64,000 nucleotides of DNA from Candidatus Magasanikbacteria bacterium GW2011_GWA2_37_8 (GCA_000992085.1 LBTN01000005.1:4999-68998), one strand, 5' to 3'; numbered from the stretch's first letter, positions 30,074 to 41,194 are shown. A program made the numbers and translations. The notes: generated by a model not told the origin, from the letters alone.

Positions 30074-30585
30074 AATTTTTTTAACCACAAACTTTGACCC
30101 GCGCAAAGCGCCACTGCCAAAGCGTCGGCAGCATCATCGGATTTTATTTTGTTTTTTAAACCCAAAATCATAGCCACTACTTTTTGCATTTGTTGTTTTT
30201 CTGCTCGTCCATAACCAGTAATGGCTTGTTTTACCTGAAGTGGAGTAAATTCGTCGATTGGTAAATTGTGTTGTACACCAGTTAAAAGTATTACCCCCCT
30301 AGCTTGGCCCACATCCATGGCCGTTTTGGCGTTTTTAAAAAAGAATAATTTTTCGACTGCCATTCGCGTAGGATGGTGTTTTTTTATCAAACGTAAAAGC
30401 TCGTCATGCATTTCTGCCAAACGTTCGACAAAACATTTTTTAGCCGAAGTTTCTAAACAACCAGCACAAACCGCCCTCCATTCTGAAGCATTTTTTCTTT
30501 CAATTATTCCATATCCCATCCGACCAAAACCCGGATCGATCCCCAATATTATTTCTTTTTTAATTTCCTGTTTTAATGTTTTCAT
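30070..30585 (-). CDS. ruvC: Holliday junction resolvase
   Basis: ILGIDPG, VEKLFF, QARG, GYGRAEK, DDAADALA. Confidence 0.96.
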   Translation of the reverse strand: MKTLKQEIKKEIILGIDPGFGRMGYGIIERKNASEWRAVCAGCLETSAKKCFVERLAEMHDELLRLIKKHHPTRMAVEKLFFFKNAKTAMDVGQARGVILLTGVQHNLPIDEFTPLQVKQAITGYGRAEKQQMQKVVAMILGLKNKIKSDDAADALAVALCAGQSLWLKKL

Positions 30586-30589
30586 GATA

Positions 30590-31324
30590 TTATTCTGCAT
30601 TGGTAAAATAATCCTGTACATCATCATTTTCTTCCAATTCCTCAAATAAGTCCTCTAATTTAGCACGCACTTCATCATCTACCACAACTTTATCTTTGGC
30701 AATCCATTGCAAACCAGATTCGTTTGGTTCGATATTTAATTCTTTTATTTTTTGTAAAACCTTAGTATAATTTTCCATTTTTGTTTTAATTATAACGCTA
30801 CCATCTTCATAAACAATATCATCGGCCCCAGCATCAATCATCTGCAGCTCAAAATCATCCTTATCTAAATTGGTAGCTTTAAATTTTTCATCACTTATTT
30901 CTATAATGCCTTTTTGATCAAACATCCACAAAACCGAACCAGCGTTACCAAGCGAACCGCCTCGCTTGGATAAAATATGTTTTAAATCCGAAACTGTGCG
31001 GTTTTTATTATCACTTAAAGTTTGAATGATTACAGCAATACCGTTGGCGCCATAACCTTCGTACAAAGCTTCTTCAATTTGTGCACCATCATTAATTTCG
31101 CCAGTACCACGTTTAATGGCTCGATCAATATTGTCTTTTGGCATACCCGCCGCCTTAGCCTTTTCTACCAAAAGACGCAAAGAAAAATTAGCATCCATTT
31201 TGTCTCCACCCGTTTTAGTAACAATACTTATCTGCTTGGCGTATTTAGAAAAAATATTACTACGAATAGCATCCTGCTTACCTTTACGGGCCTGAATATT
31301 GTGCCATTTTGAATGTCCGGACAT
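30590..31324 (-). CDS. yebC: YebC/PmpR (TACO1) family protein
   Basis: MSGHSKW, MPKDNI.RAI, YEGYG, DNKNRT. Confidence 0.95.
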   Translation of the reverse strand: MSGHSKWHNIQARKGKQDAIRSNIFSKYAKQISIVTKTGGDKMDANFSLRLLVEKAKAAGMPKDNIDRAIKRGTGEINDGAQIEEALYEGYGANGIAVIIQTLSDNKNRTVSDLKHILSKRGGSLGNAGSVLWMFDQKGIIEISDEKFKATNLDKDDFELQMIDAGADDIVYEDGSVIIKTKMENYTKVLQKIKELNIEPNESGLQWIAKDKVVVDDEVRAKLEDLFEELEENDDVQDYFTNAE

Positions 31325-31447
31325 ATGTTTTAGATTAATTATTACAAGGGTATTTTAGGCTATTATAAGAGAAAAATCAAGATGGTTGCTTTATTAACCA
31401 AAATGGCATAAAATATTAGATAAACAAGATAAAATATATAGGATAAT

Positions 31448-31822
31448 ATGTCAGGCATAATTATAAAAAAATCAAAAATAAACAAAACAGGGGTGTTTGC
31501 TGACAAAAATTTTAAAAAGGGTGAAACTGTGTTAAAATGGAAACCAAAACAAATTTTAACAAAAAAAGAAATATCTACTTTACCAGAATCCGAAAAACAT
31601 TATGTCTACAATTCTGGCCCTAACGAATATGTTCTACAAAATACACCTGAAAGATATGTAAATCACTCTTGCGAACCAAATACGAAAGTGATTAACAAAA
31701 GCGACATCGCTATACGTGATATTAAAAAAGGAGAAGAAATAACTTCTGATTATTCTACAGATAACGCTACTATGCATTTTAAATGCAACTGCGATAACAA
31801 AAATTGTAAAAAGGATATATAA
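31448..31822 (+). CDS. SET-domain lysine methyltransferase
   Basis: GVFA, RYVNHSCEPN, DI.KGEEITSDY, post-SET CxC..C. Confidence 0.9.
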   Translation: MSGIIIKKSKINKTGVFADKNFKKGETVLKWKPKQILTKKEISTLPESEKHYVYNSGPNEYVLQNTPERYVNHSCEPNTKVINKSDIAIRDIKKGEEITSDYSTDNATMHFKCNCDNKNCKKDI

Positions 31823-31838
31823 AAAAACAATACTACCT

Positions 31839-32459
31839 ATGAACATCTACCTCGACGAATCATACAACCTACAAAAAACCAAAGGCAAGATGTTTGTTAG
31901 TATTAATGGTTTTTCGGTATTAAAAGCAGATCGTTTAAGAAAACGTTGGAAAAATGTTAGAAAACCATTTACTAAACATAAACGCCGTATTCACGCTACA
32001 GATCCATATTTTGAAGAATTGAGAACAAAGAGTATCTCGTTGTTAAATTCTTCTGATGTAACGATTTTATCAGTATTCCAGCTGGTCCAAGAAATCCCTT
32101 ATGATTATTTTGATAAAAACGACATGGATTTTGAAAAAATATATGCCAAGCTATTAAAGATGCTATTCAAGGAACTTTCACTTCAAGAATACAAACGAGC
32201 CAGAATTGTTATCGACTCACGCAAGCATCCAGGTGGACTTGCTGGAGCAAATAATTTTCAAAAAGATATTGATAATTTTTTAGAAAATGAATTTTCTGGC
32301 ACGCACTGTTCTTTTTTGCCTACACCATCATATTTGGATATTTTGGTTGAACTAGCAGATTTTGTTTCCAACGCTTTTTACAAATCCTACCAACAGGACG
32401 ACGATAAGATATTTAATCAGCTCGGATTTAAGCTTATACAAATCAAAAATCCGCTGTAA
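31839..32459 (+). CDS. DUF3800-family RNase H-like protein
   Basis: N-terminal IYLDES, central IVIDSR, C-terminal ELADFVSN. Confidence 0.8.
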   Translation: MNIYLDESYNLQKTKGKMFVSINGFSVLKADRLRKRWKNVRKPFTKHKRRIHATDPYFEELRTKSISLLNSSDVTILSVFQLVQEIPYDYFDKNDMDFEKIYAKLLKMLFKELSLQEYKRARIVIDSRKHPGGLAGANNFQKDIDNFLENEFSGTHCSFLPTPSYLDILVELADFVSNAFYKSYQQDDDKIFNQLGFKLIQIKNPL

Positions 32460-32562
32460 TGCGGATCTTCTGAAAGAGCCTTTTGGGAGTGTCCCTGCTT
32501 CAACGAGATGTTCTTGACGAGAACGCTCTCCACAAGGCTTTACCCTAAGGACTTATCTTCTA
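32445..32562 (-). ncRNA. Candidate structured RNA convergent with DUF3800
   Basis: Perfect TTGACA-17-TATAAT (32596-32568), GC-rich nested helices, ATCCGC-loop-GCGGAT-T terminator. Confidence 0.65.
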
Positions 32563-32628
32563 AATCCATTATACTATATTAATAAACATTTGTCAATAAT
32601 ACGTAGGTAAAAAAACATAATAAAACAT

Positions 32629-33273
32629 ATGAACAAAAATTATGAAGGTGGATTTGATTTGCATGGCCACACCACTAGTATGGAATGGTGGCGAGGGTTT
32701 GATATAGTAAATATGTCACCAGAACAAATGGTGACCGAAGCTAAAAAAACCGGGCTGGATGGTGTGGCTATTACTGACCACAATACAATCCGCGGTTTAG
32801 ACCGTGCTCTTAATGCTGCAGCAAAAGAAGGAATAATTGTTGTACCCGGCGCTGAAATTACTGCACATTATGGAATTAATTTCCCCCATATTTTAACATT
32901 AGGTTTAGACCCAGAAATAATAAAAAACGACCCTCTGCCACATCTAAAAGATCCAGAAACAGTAATAAAATGGGTGCACGATCATGGTGGGATTGCTGTT
33001 GCTACTCACCCTAGTGAACATGAAATTGCTGAAAAACAAAATCGACCAAAAATTGGCGGGTCAGACTTTCACGTAATGGGGCAGGTTGGTATTGTTCGTA
33101 CCAAAATTTTTAATGAAGCAAAAAATTGGCAAGATGTAGTCGAAGCAATTAAACAAGGTAAAACTGAACCATTTTTTAGACAAGACATTCCCGAAGAAAT
33201 GATAAAAAACTACGACCGCAAACCAATTTTACTAAAAACAGCCAAAGAAAAAATAAAATCACTTCTTGCATAA
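32629..33273 (+). CDS. PHP-domain phosphoesterase (appears internally shortened)
   Basis: DLHGHT, AITDHN, PGAEI, THP, GGSDFH. Confidence 0.85.
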   Translation: MNKNYEGGFDLHGHTTSMEWWRGFDIVNMSPEQMVTEAKKTGLDGVAITDHNTIRGLDRALNAAAKEGIIVVPGAEITAHYGINFPHILTLGLDPEIIKNDPLPHLKDPETVIKWVHDHGGIAVATHPSEHEIAEKQNRPKIGGSDFHVMGQVGIVRTKIFNEAKNWQDVVEAIKQGKTEPFFRQDIPEEMIKNYDRKPILLKTAKEKIKSLLA

Positions 33274-33336
33274 ATTACCCACAACAAAAACACCCTCGAC
33301 ATTACATCGAGGGTGCTTTAAATTTGTATATCTGAA

Positions 33337-36300
33337 TTACTGCTTATACCCCGTACCAGCTGGAATTAGGCGGCCGATAATTACGTTTTCTTTTAGGCCT
33401 TCTAGGTAATCGATTTTACCAGTAATGGCGGTATTAATTAATACCTTGGCAGTTTCTTGGAACGAAGCAGAGGACAAGAAACTTTGAGTGGATAAAGCCA
33501 CACGACTAATACCAAGTAATAATTCACGAGCAGTAGCTAGTTGCATACCGTCTTTTTTAGCTTGGCGGTTAGCAAAATCTAATTGGGCTTTTTCTACTAC
33601 TTCGCCTGGCAACAAATCGGTTTCACCAGCATCTTCTACATAAACACGACTAAACATTTGACGAATAAGAAGTTCTACGTGTTTATCATTAACTTTCTGA
33701 CCTTGAGAAGAGTAAATGTTTTGTACTTCTTGCAAAATATATACCTGCACAGCCGAGCGGCCACGAAGTTCGAATAATTCTTGTAAATGTACACTACCAT
33801 CGGTTAATTGTTGACCCTTGGTTACTACATCACCTTGTTTTACAAACAATTTGTAACCCATTGGAATAATGTATTCGCGTACTTTTGGACCAGTGTAAGC
33901 CAAAGTAATAACATTTTTTACAATCTTAACTTCGCTGGTATATTTGGCAGTTATTTCTTCACCAGAAGCACCACGTACCACAATTACACTATCTTTTTCA
34001 ACAGTAGTACCATCTTTTACCATTACTTCATCGTCGGATGTTACTTTAATTTTGGTTTCATCCATGCCTTCAAACATCACGCGCACAATTTTCTGACCAC
34101 GACGGCCTTCGAAAATTTTCTTACCAGTAGCCGAAGTAACAATCTTGCCATCAGCATCTTCAATTTCGATAGTACCATCTACTTCGGATAATACCGCTTT
34201 GTGTTTTGGAGCACGACACTCGAACAATTCTTCTACACGAGGCAAGCCTTGGGTAATATCACCACCTACCACACCACCAGTATGGAAGGTACGAAGAGTA
34301 AGCTGAGTACCTGGTTCACCAATTGATTGAGCAGCAATTACACCAACGGCTGTACCCATTTCTACGGCACGGTTATGACCTAAATCAAAACCATAGCACT
34401 TGCGACAAACACCTTTGGATAATTTACATTGCAAAACACTGCGAACATGAATATTGTCGAGGCCTAATTCATCAACCAAACGCCCAGCTTTGTCATCAAT
34501 AGCTTCGCCAGCTTTTACAATTACTTCTTTACCATTTTTTACATCAGCCAAAACATAACGGCCCCAAACACGATCAGATAATTTTTCGCCCATTTCTTTA
34601 GATTGAGGGATAGTAAAGATTTCACCAGTAACATCACCACAATCTTCTTCGATAACCACTACATCTTGAGACACATCCACCAAACGACGAGTTAGGTAAC
34701 CAGCGTTAGCAGTACGAAGAGCCGTATCAGACAAACCTTTTCTGGTACCATGGGAAGAAATGAAATATTCTAGCACTTCAAAGCCTTCTTTAAAGTTGCC
34801 CTTTACTGGTAATTCGATAATATCGCCAGATGGAGATACTACCAAACCTTTCATACCAATAACCTGACCAAGTTGTCCCCAAGTACCACGGGCACCAGAA
34901 TCAATCATGGCAAACACCGGACCATTTTTATCCAAAGTTTGTTGATTGTTGGCTACGATCTTATCTTTAGTTTCAGACCAAATTTCTAAAATCTTAGCAT
35001 GACGTTCGGCTTGAGTTAACAAACCTTCTTGATATTGAGTTTCTACTTCAACCACTCGCAAATCAGCTTCTTTTAATAATTGTGGTTTTTCTTCAATTTT
35101 AGGGAAATCGGCAGCACCAAGAGAATAACCAGATTTGGTAACATAGCGATAACCAAGATTTTTTAATTCGTCCAAGAAATATGCGGTTTCTTGTTGACCG
35201 TAGATTTCCAAACAGCGACGAATAATCTCGGCTAATTTTTTAACAGTAATAGTTTCGTTGTAATAATGCAACTTCTCTGGCAAAATTTCATTAAAGAATA
35301 CACGGCCAACGGAAGTTTCAATTAGTTTAGAACCTTCAGGAAAACGACCAGCTTGTTCTACCATTCGTACTTTTACTCGTTCATGCAAAGTAACTTTGCG
35401 ACATTTGTAAGCTAATTTAGCTTCTTTTTCGGAATAGAAATAACGAGTGGTTGGAGCAGTATCGTCTACACTGTAATGGGTGAGATAAAAACAACCCAAA
35501 GCAATATCCTGTTTTGGAGTAATTACTGGTTGACCAGTAGCTGGTTTAAGCAAGTTCTTTTCGGCAGCCATTAAGTTTTCTGCTTCCCAACGAGCTTCGG
35601 CAGTTAATGGTAAATGCACAGCCATTTGGTCGCCGTCGAAGTCAGCGTTGAAAGCAGTACAAACCAAAGGATGTAATTGAATAGCTTTACCTTCTACCAA
35701 TCGTGGATGAAAAGCTTGAATACCCAAACGATGCAAAGTTGGAGCGCGGTTTAACATCACGCGAGTATTTTTGGTTAATTCTTCCAAAATATCCCACACT
35801 TCATCTTTTTCTGATTCGATAAAACGACCAGCACTGCGAACATTGTGGGCCAACTCACGACGAATAATTTCGCCCATGATAAATGGTTTAAATAATTCCA
35901 AAGCCATGCGTTTTGGCAAACCACATTCATCGATGTTTAATTGTGGGCCTACCACGATAACCGAACGACCAGAATAGTCGACACGTTTACCAAGCAAGTT
36001 TTGACGGAAACGACCTTGTTTACCTTTTAAAATATCTGCCAAAGAACGCAATTGACGTTTTTGACCAGTGGCCGCTACTACAGTTTTGGAATGGCGAGCA
36101 TTGTTGTCGATTAAAGCATCAACCGCTTCTTGCAACATGCGTTTTTCGTTACGACAAATAACTTCTGGAGCATCCAGATCAAGCAAACGACGTAAACGAT
36201 TGTTGCGGTTGATAACACGACGATATAAATCATTTAAATCAGAGGTAGCAAATCGGCCACCGTCTAATGCCACCATTGGACGCAAATCTGGTGGAATAAC

Positions 36301-37209
36301 CGGAATACACTTCATAATAGTCCACTCTGGGCGGATATTATTGATAAACAAGCTCTTTAATAATTTTTTACGACGAATCAAACGTTCTAATTTAGAACCT
36401 TTGGAGGTTTTTTGTTCTTCGGTAATACGTTTAATGGTTTCTCCTAAATCAATTCTCTCGAGTAAACGATAAATCGCTTCGCCACCAATCATTGCTTCAA
36501 ACAAATGACCAAAACGTAAAGATAAATCTTGATATTTGTTTTCAGAAATTACTTTCATTACCTGTAATTCTTTTAAATCACGATCAGCGGATTGAAAATC
36601 TTCTTCTAATGCTTTTACTTTGCGTTCTGATTCTTGTTGAATTTCTTCCAAAGCTTTTTTATCGGCTTTAGCATCAGCTGCAGCTTGCATGGCTTGTTCT
36701 TTTTCTTTTTCAATTTGTTTACGTTTGCTTTTAAATTCTTGGCGCAACAATTCTACAGTTTGTTGTTTTTCGGCTTCATTAACATTCGAGATAATAAAAG
36801 AAGCAAAATAAATTACTTTTTCTAAAGCCATTACCGATAAATCCAAAATCAAACCAATTTTAGAAGGCACCGAACGTAAAAACCAGATATGAGAAACTGG
36901 AGCAGCCAATTCGATATGGCCCATGCGTTCACGACGCACGAGTGAAGTGGTAACTTCAACACCGCACTTGTCGCAAACAATTCCTTTGTAACGAATTTTT
37001 TTGTATTTACCACAATAACATTCCCAATCCTTGGTTGGACCAAAAATTTCTTCAGCAAACAAACCGCCTTTTTCTGGCTTTTGTGTGCGATAGTTAATGG
37101 TTTCTGGTTTACTAACTTCGCCAAAAGACCATTCGCGAATTGCTTCGGGAGAAGCTAGGCGCAAACGAATCGCGTCGAAGTCCATGGAACGAATTTGATC
37201 TCGAGTCAT
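33337..37209 (-). CDS. rpoC: RNA polymerase beta' subunit
   Basis: NADFDGDQM, CYCGKYK, QSIGEPGTQLT; ATG at 37209. Confidence 0.99.
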   Translation of the reverse strand: MTRDQIRSMDFDAIRLRLASPEAIREWSFGEVSKPETINYRTQKPEKGGLFAEEIFGPTKDWECYCGKYKKIRYKGIVCDKCGVEVTTSLVRRERMGHIELAAPVSHIWFLRSVPSKIGLILDLSVMALEKVIYFASFIISNVNEAEKQQTVELLRQEFKSKRKQIEKEKEQAMQAAADAKADKKALEEIQQESERKVKALEEDFQSADRDLKELQVMKVISENKYQDLSLRFGHLFEAMIGGEAIYRLLERIDLGETIKRITEEQKTSKGSKLERLIRRKKLLKSLFINNIRPEWTIMKCIPVIPPDLRPMVALDGGRFATSDLNDLYRRVINRNNRLRRLLDLDAPEVICRNEKRMLQEAVDALIDNNARHSKTVVAATGQKRQLRSLADILKGKQGRFRQNLLGKRVDYSGRSVIVVGPQLNIDECGLPKRMALELFKPFIMGEIIRRELAHNVRSAGRFIESEKDEVWDILEELTKNTRVMLNRAPTLHRLGIQAFHPRLVEGKAIQLHPLVCTAFNADFDGDQMAVHLPLTAEARWEAENLMAAEKNLLKPATGQPVITPKQDIALGCFYLTHYSVDDTAPTTRYFYSEKEAKLAYKCRKVTLHERVKVRMVEQAGRFPEGSKLIETSVGRVFFNEILPEKLHYYNETITVKKLAEIIRRCLEIYGQQETAYFLDELKNLGYRYVTKSGYSLGAADFPKIEEKPQLLKEADLRVVEVETQYQEGLLTQAERHAKILEIWSETKDKIVANNQQTLDKNGPVFAMIDSGARGTWGQLGQVIGMKGLVVSPSGDIIELPVKGNFKEGFEVLEYFISSHGTRKGLSDTALRTANAGYLTRRLVDVSQDVVVIEEDCGDVTGEIFTIPQSKEMGEKLSDRVWGRYVLADVKNGKEVIVKAGEAIDDKAGRLVDELGLDNIHVRSVLQCKLSKGVCRKCYGFDLGHNRAVEMGTAVGVIAAQSIGEPGTQLTLRTFHTGGVVGGDITQGLPRVEELFECRAPKHKAVLSEVDGTIEIEDADGKIVTSATGKKIFEGRRGQKIVRVMFEGMDETKIKVTSDDEVMVKDGTTVEKDSVIVVRGASGEEITAKYTSEVKIVKNVITLAYTGPKVREYIIPMGYKLFVKQGDVVTKGQQLTDGSVHLQELFELRGRSAVQVYILQEVQNIYSSQGQKVNDKHVELLIRQMFSRVYVEDAGETDLLPGEVVEKAQLDFANRQAKKDGMQLATARELLLGISRVALSTQSFLSSASFQETAKVLINTAITGKIDYLEGLKENVIIGRLIPAGTGYKQ

Positions 37210-37237
37210 AAAATGAAATTTAAAGAATTTTTTAAAA

Positions 37238-40200
37238 TTATGAAGCAGGAGTGGTTTCGATCGGAGCAACTTCGGTATCAACTGGATTATTAGCTGCATT
37301 TTGGGCATCCACTTCGGCAGCTAACAAATATTCACCCGATTCAGAACGTTTGAGTAGTTCTACATCTAAACCAAGACCTTTAATTTCACGTACAAGTACG
37401 TTAAATGACTCTGGAATGTTGACGCGGGTAATTTCTTCACCCTTAATAATCGCTTCGTAAGCTTTCGAACGACCAGGCACGTCATCGGATTTGATAGTTA
37501 AAATTTCTTGCAAAGTATGGGCGGCGCCATAGGCTTCCAAAGCCCAAACTTCCATTTCACCAAAACGTTGACCACCAAACTGAGCTTTACCACCTAATGG
37601 CTGTTGAGTGATTAAACTGTAAGGGCCGATCGAACGTTGATGAATTTTGTCTTCTACCATGTGGTTTAATTTAAGCATGTAGTTGTAACCAACAGTAGTT
37701 TTGTGATCAAATGGTTCGCCAGTTCTACCATCCAAAAGTTGCAATTGACCAGAAACTGGAAAACCAGCTTTAGTTAACTCTTCACGAATTTGATCTTCGG
37801 TAATACCATTTAATACTGGGGTAGCCACTTTGTAACCCAAAGCATTGGCAGCCAAACCTAAATGGTTTTCTAAAATCTGACCCAAGTTCATACGAGAGAT
37901 AACACCAAGTGGAGACAAGATAATATCTACTGGAGTACCATCTTCCAAAAATGGCATGTCGGAGACTGGTACCACTTTGGAGATAACACCTTTGTTACCA
38001 TGGCGACCGGCCATTTTGTCACCAACCTGAATTTTACGCATGTCAGCCACAGTGGCTTGTACTTGTTTAATTACACCTGGTTCCAATTTATCACCCACTT
38101 CATCAGAGAAAACTTGAATACCAATTACTTTACCGTGTTCACCATGTTCCAAGTATAAAGAAGAATCACGAACATCACGGGCTTTTTCACCAAAGATAGC
38201 ACGCAATAATTTTTCTTCAGCCGATAATTCAGTTTCACCCTTTGGAGTAATTTTACCCACCAAAATATCACCGGATTTTACTTCAGCACCAATACGTACT
38301 ACACCTTCAGAATCCAAATTCTTTAATTTTTCTTCACTAACATTTGGAATGTCGGATGTTACTACTTCTGGTCCAAGTTTTGTTTCACGAACATCAACGG
38401 CGTAATCTTCGATATGAATAGAAGTAAAGCGATCGCTTTGTACCAAACGTTCAGATAAAATAATAGCATCTTCGTAGTTGTAACCATCCCAAGCCATATA
38501 AGCAACCAACACATTTTGACCCAAAGATAATTCATTTTGACTGATACTTGGGCCATTAGTTAATGGATCGCCTTTTTTAACCATGTCACCAACTTTTACA
38601 GTTGGATGTTGATTGATACAAGTGGCCGCATTAGAACGAACGAATTTGCTTAAATTGTAAGTATAAATATTTCCTTTTTTACCTTTCAAAACAATATGGG
38701 CGCCATCACTTTCGGTAACTTCGGCGTCTTCTTCGGCCAAAAATACATGACCAGAATAACGAGCCGCATCATGTTCGATACCAGTACCAACTAATGGTGG
38801 TTCTGGTTTGATACAAGGCACTGATTGACGTTGCATGTTGGTACCCATAAGAGCACGGGTAGCATCATCGTGTTCTAGAAAAGGAATACAAGAAGTAGCC
38901 ACGCTAACTACTTGGCTAGAAGACACATCTAAATATTCTACATCTTGTACATTGGCAACACCTGGATGGCTGTAAACGCGAGCTGGAACATTGCCGCCCA
39001 AGAAATATCCTTTGTCGGTTACAGGAGTGTTAGCAGCAGCTGTAATTACTTTTTCTTCTTTAAACGCACTTAGGAATACTACTTCGTTGGTAGTGCGTGG
39101 CACAACATTAATTTTGGTTAATTTTGTTTTAGCTAATTTATATGGAGTTTCGATAAAACCAAATTCATTGATACGAGCAAAACTGGAAAGATGGTTTACC
39201 AAACCAATATTTGGACCTTCTGGAGTAGCAATTGGGCAGATACGACCATAGTGGGTAGTGTGCACATCGCGCACTTCAAAACTAGCACGATCACGAGACA
39301 AACCGCCTGGGCCAAGCGCCGACAAACGACGTTTGTGTTCTAGCTCGGACAATGGATTATGTTGATCCATGAATTGGGACATTTGAGAACTCATAAAGAA
39401 TTCGCGAATGGCGCTAATTACTGGACGAGCATTTACTAATTTGTTTGGATTAACTTGATCTAAATCGTAGGTACTCATACGGTCTTTAATAATACGTTCC
39501 ATACGAGCCAAACCAACACGAAAACGATTTTGTACTAATTCACCAACCGCGCGAATACGACGGTTGCCTAAATGATCTACATCATCTGGTTCTTCTTGAG
39601 TAACATTCAAACGGACTACTTCTTTTAAAACAGCTAATAATTTTTCTGGAGATAAAACTCGATTTTCTTTTTTATCATAATCATCATGCGAACTTTTGAT
39701 ATCGAATTTGGTATTAAATTTGTATACACCAACGCGGCCCAAATCGTAGCGTTCGAAGTTAAAGAACATGGCTTCGATCAAACTTTTGGCATTGTCGGCA
39801 GTGGCCAAATCACCCGGGCGAATTCTTTTGTAAACTTCAATCAAACCTTCACCACGATTTTTGGCTAAATCTTTTTTAATAGTAGCATCAACGTAATCAA
39901 CCTGGGGATGAATATTTACGTCTTTAAAAAGTTCAATTAATTTTTCATCATCTTCGTAACCAAAAGCACGAAGTAGAGAGGTGGCGGCCACTTTGCGTTT
40001 GCGATCTACTTTGATCCATAAAGTATTATTCATGTCGGTTTCAATTTCGATCCAAGCACCACGATTTGGAATAATTTTGGCGCCATAAAATCTGCGGCCA
40101 CGAATATTTTCGGCAGTAAAGAAAGCACCAGCACTGCGAATTAATTGAGAAACAACTACACGTTCGATACCATTAACAATAAAAGTACCACGATCGGTCA

Positions 40201-40558
40201 TAAGCGGAACGTCACCTAAATATATTTCTTGAGATTTTGTTTGACCAGTACGTTTGTTGATTAAGCGAGCAGTAAAACGTAGCGGGGCTTCGAAAGTAAT
40301 ATTACGCTTGCGGCAAGTAACTTCGTCGAAACGAGGTTCGTCTAAATAATAATCTTCAAAATACAATTCCAAATCACGACCAGAAAAATCGGTGATTGGA
40401 GAAATTTCTTCAAACAATTCTTTAATACCGTTTTTTAAAAACCAGCTATAAGAATCTTTTTGAATTTCAATTAAATCTGGCAAAGCCATAGCGTTGCGTG
40501 TTTTTGTGAAGAAACGACGCTCTGTGCTTTTGAGAGGTTGGCGTTTGAAAATAGGCAT
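37238..40558 (-). CDS. rpoB: RNA polymerase beta subunit
   Basis: GDKMAGRHGNKG, GGQRFGEMEVWALE. Confidence 0.99.
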   Translation of the reverse strand: MPIFKRQPLKSTERRFFTKTRNAMALPDLIEIQKDSYSWFLKNGIKELFEEISPITDFSGRDLELYFEDYYLDEPRFDEVTCRKRNITFEAPLRFTARLINKRTGQTKSQEIYLGDVPLMTDRGTFIVNGIERVVVSQLIRSAGAFFTAENIRGRRFYGAKIIPNRGAWIEIETDMNNTLWIKVDRKRKVAATSLLRAFGYEDDEKLIELFKDVNIHPQVDYVDATIKKDLAKNRGEGLIEVYKRIRPGDLATADNAKSLIEAMFFNFERYDLGRVGVYKFNTKFDIKSSHDDYDKKENRVLSPEKLLAVLKEVVRLNVTQEEPDDVDHLGNRRIRAVGELVQNRFRVGLARMERIIKDRMSTYDLDQVNPNKLVNARPVISAIREFFMSSQMSQFMDQHNPLSELEHKRRLSALGPGGLSRDRASFEVRDVHTTHYGRICPIATPEGPNIGLVNHLSSFARINEFGFIETPYKLAKTKLTKINVVPRTTNEVVFLSAFKEEKVITAAANTPVTDKGYFLGGNVPARVYSHPGVANVQDVEYLDVSSSQVVSVATSCIPFLEHDDATRALMGTNMQRQSVPCIKPEPPLVGTGIEHDAARYSGHVFLAEEDAEVTESDGAHIVLKGKKGNIYTYNLSKFVRSNAATCINQHPTVKVGDMVKKGDPLTNGPSISQNELSLGQNVLVAYMAWDGYNYEDAIILSERLVQSDRFTSIHIEDYAVDVRETKLGPEVVTSDIPNVSEEKLKNLDSEGVVRIGAEVKSGDILVGKITPKGETELSAEEKLLRAIFGEKARDVRDSSLYLEHGEHGKVIGIQVFSDEVGDKLEPGVIKQVQATVADMRKIQVGDKMAGRHGNKGVISKVVPVSDMPFLEDGTPVDIILSPLGVISRMNLGQILENHLGLAANALGYKVATPVLNGITEDQIREELTKAGFPVSGQLQLLDGRTGEPFDHKTTVGYNYMLKLNHMVEDKIHQRSIGPYSLITQQPLGGKAQFGGQRFGEMEVWALEAYGAAHTLQEILTIKSDDVPGRSKAYEAIIKGEEITRVNIPESFNVLVREIKGLGLDVELLKRSESGEYLLAAEVDAQNAANNPVDTEVAPIETTPAS

Positions 40559-41014
40559 AGATATTGATTAATTTTCCCCACACAAGGTGGGATCCGTCCT
40601 TCGGCGGAAATTTTTAATTTTTAATTTTTAAATAATTATTGAAATATTAATGTAAATATTGCCAATCTTTCTTTCAAAAACTACCTGTCCAACCTATAAA
40701 CAACAAAAAAAGGGCCAACAAAATAGGGCTTTTCTTTATTTTTTCTTATATTTTAGCCAAAAACAGCAAGGGTAACATGAGAATATTTTAAAAATTACCT
40801 TGCGAGCAGTTTATAACCAACTGTTACAAACCACTTTTTCGCTTAACTAAGCGAAAAAACGAATGTTCAAAATGAACGAGATTTGAAGTAGCTTGATTTT
40901 ACCCCAAAATCAAGCTTTTGTCAAATGGAACAGGTGGATAAATATTTGTCAAGAACTATTTCTTTTTTGGCTAATATAAGAGCAAAACTGCCACCAACCA
41001 TCAAAAGACCAAAA

Positions 41015-41049
41015 AGTTATCCACAGTGCACCACGTGGGGTACACTGTT
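41015..41049. repeat. 35-bp DnaA-box + hairpin repeat, copy 1 (copy 2 at 49521-49555)
   Basis: AGTTATCCACAG(T/C)GCACCAC(GT/AG)GGGGTACACTGTT, 32/35 identical. Confidence 0.8.
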
Positions 41050-41111
41050 ACACAGTGACATACGATTAAAAATAAAAAATACTCTGCTATAAAACAGGGT
41101 ATTTATCGTTG

Positions 41112-41193
41112 TGGTCCGAGTGGGAATCGAACCCACATGCCTTGCGGCACAGCATTTTAAGTGCTGCGTGTATACCAGTTCCACCATCGGACC
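41112..41193 (-). tRNA. tRNA-Leu(TAA)
   Basis: GGTCCGA/TCGGACC acceptor, CAGCA-CTTAAAA-TGCTG anticodon arm, long variable arm, GTTCGA. Confidence 0.96.
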
Positions 41194-41194
41194 A

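Noticed and set aside
33583-39868. Short ORFs inside or antisense to rpoB/rpoC, and similar ones in ileS, nrdJ and the pyr genes
   Set aside because: Shadow frames of long conserved genes with no motifs or start signals
40560-40925. Structured rpoB leader as a riboswitch
   Set aside because: Only a few small hairpins in A/T-rich sequence; no recognisable family
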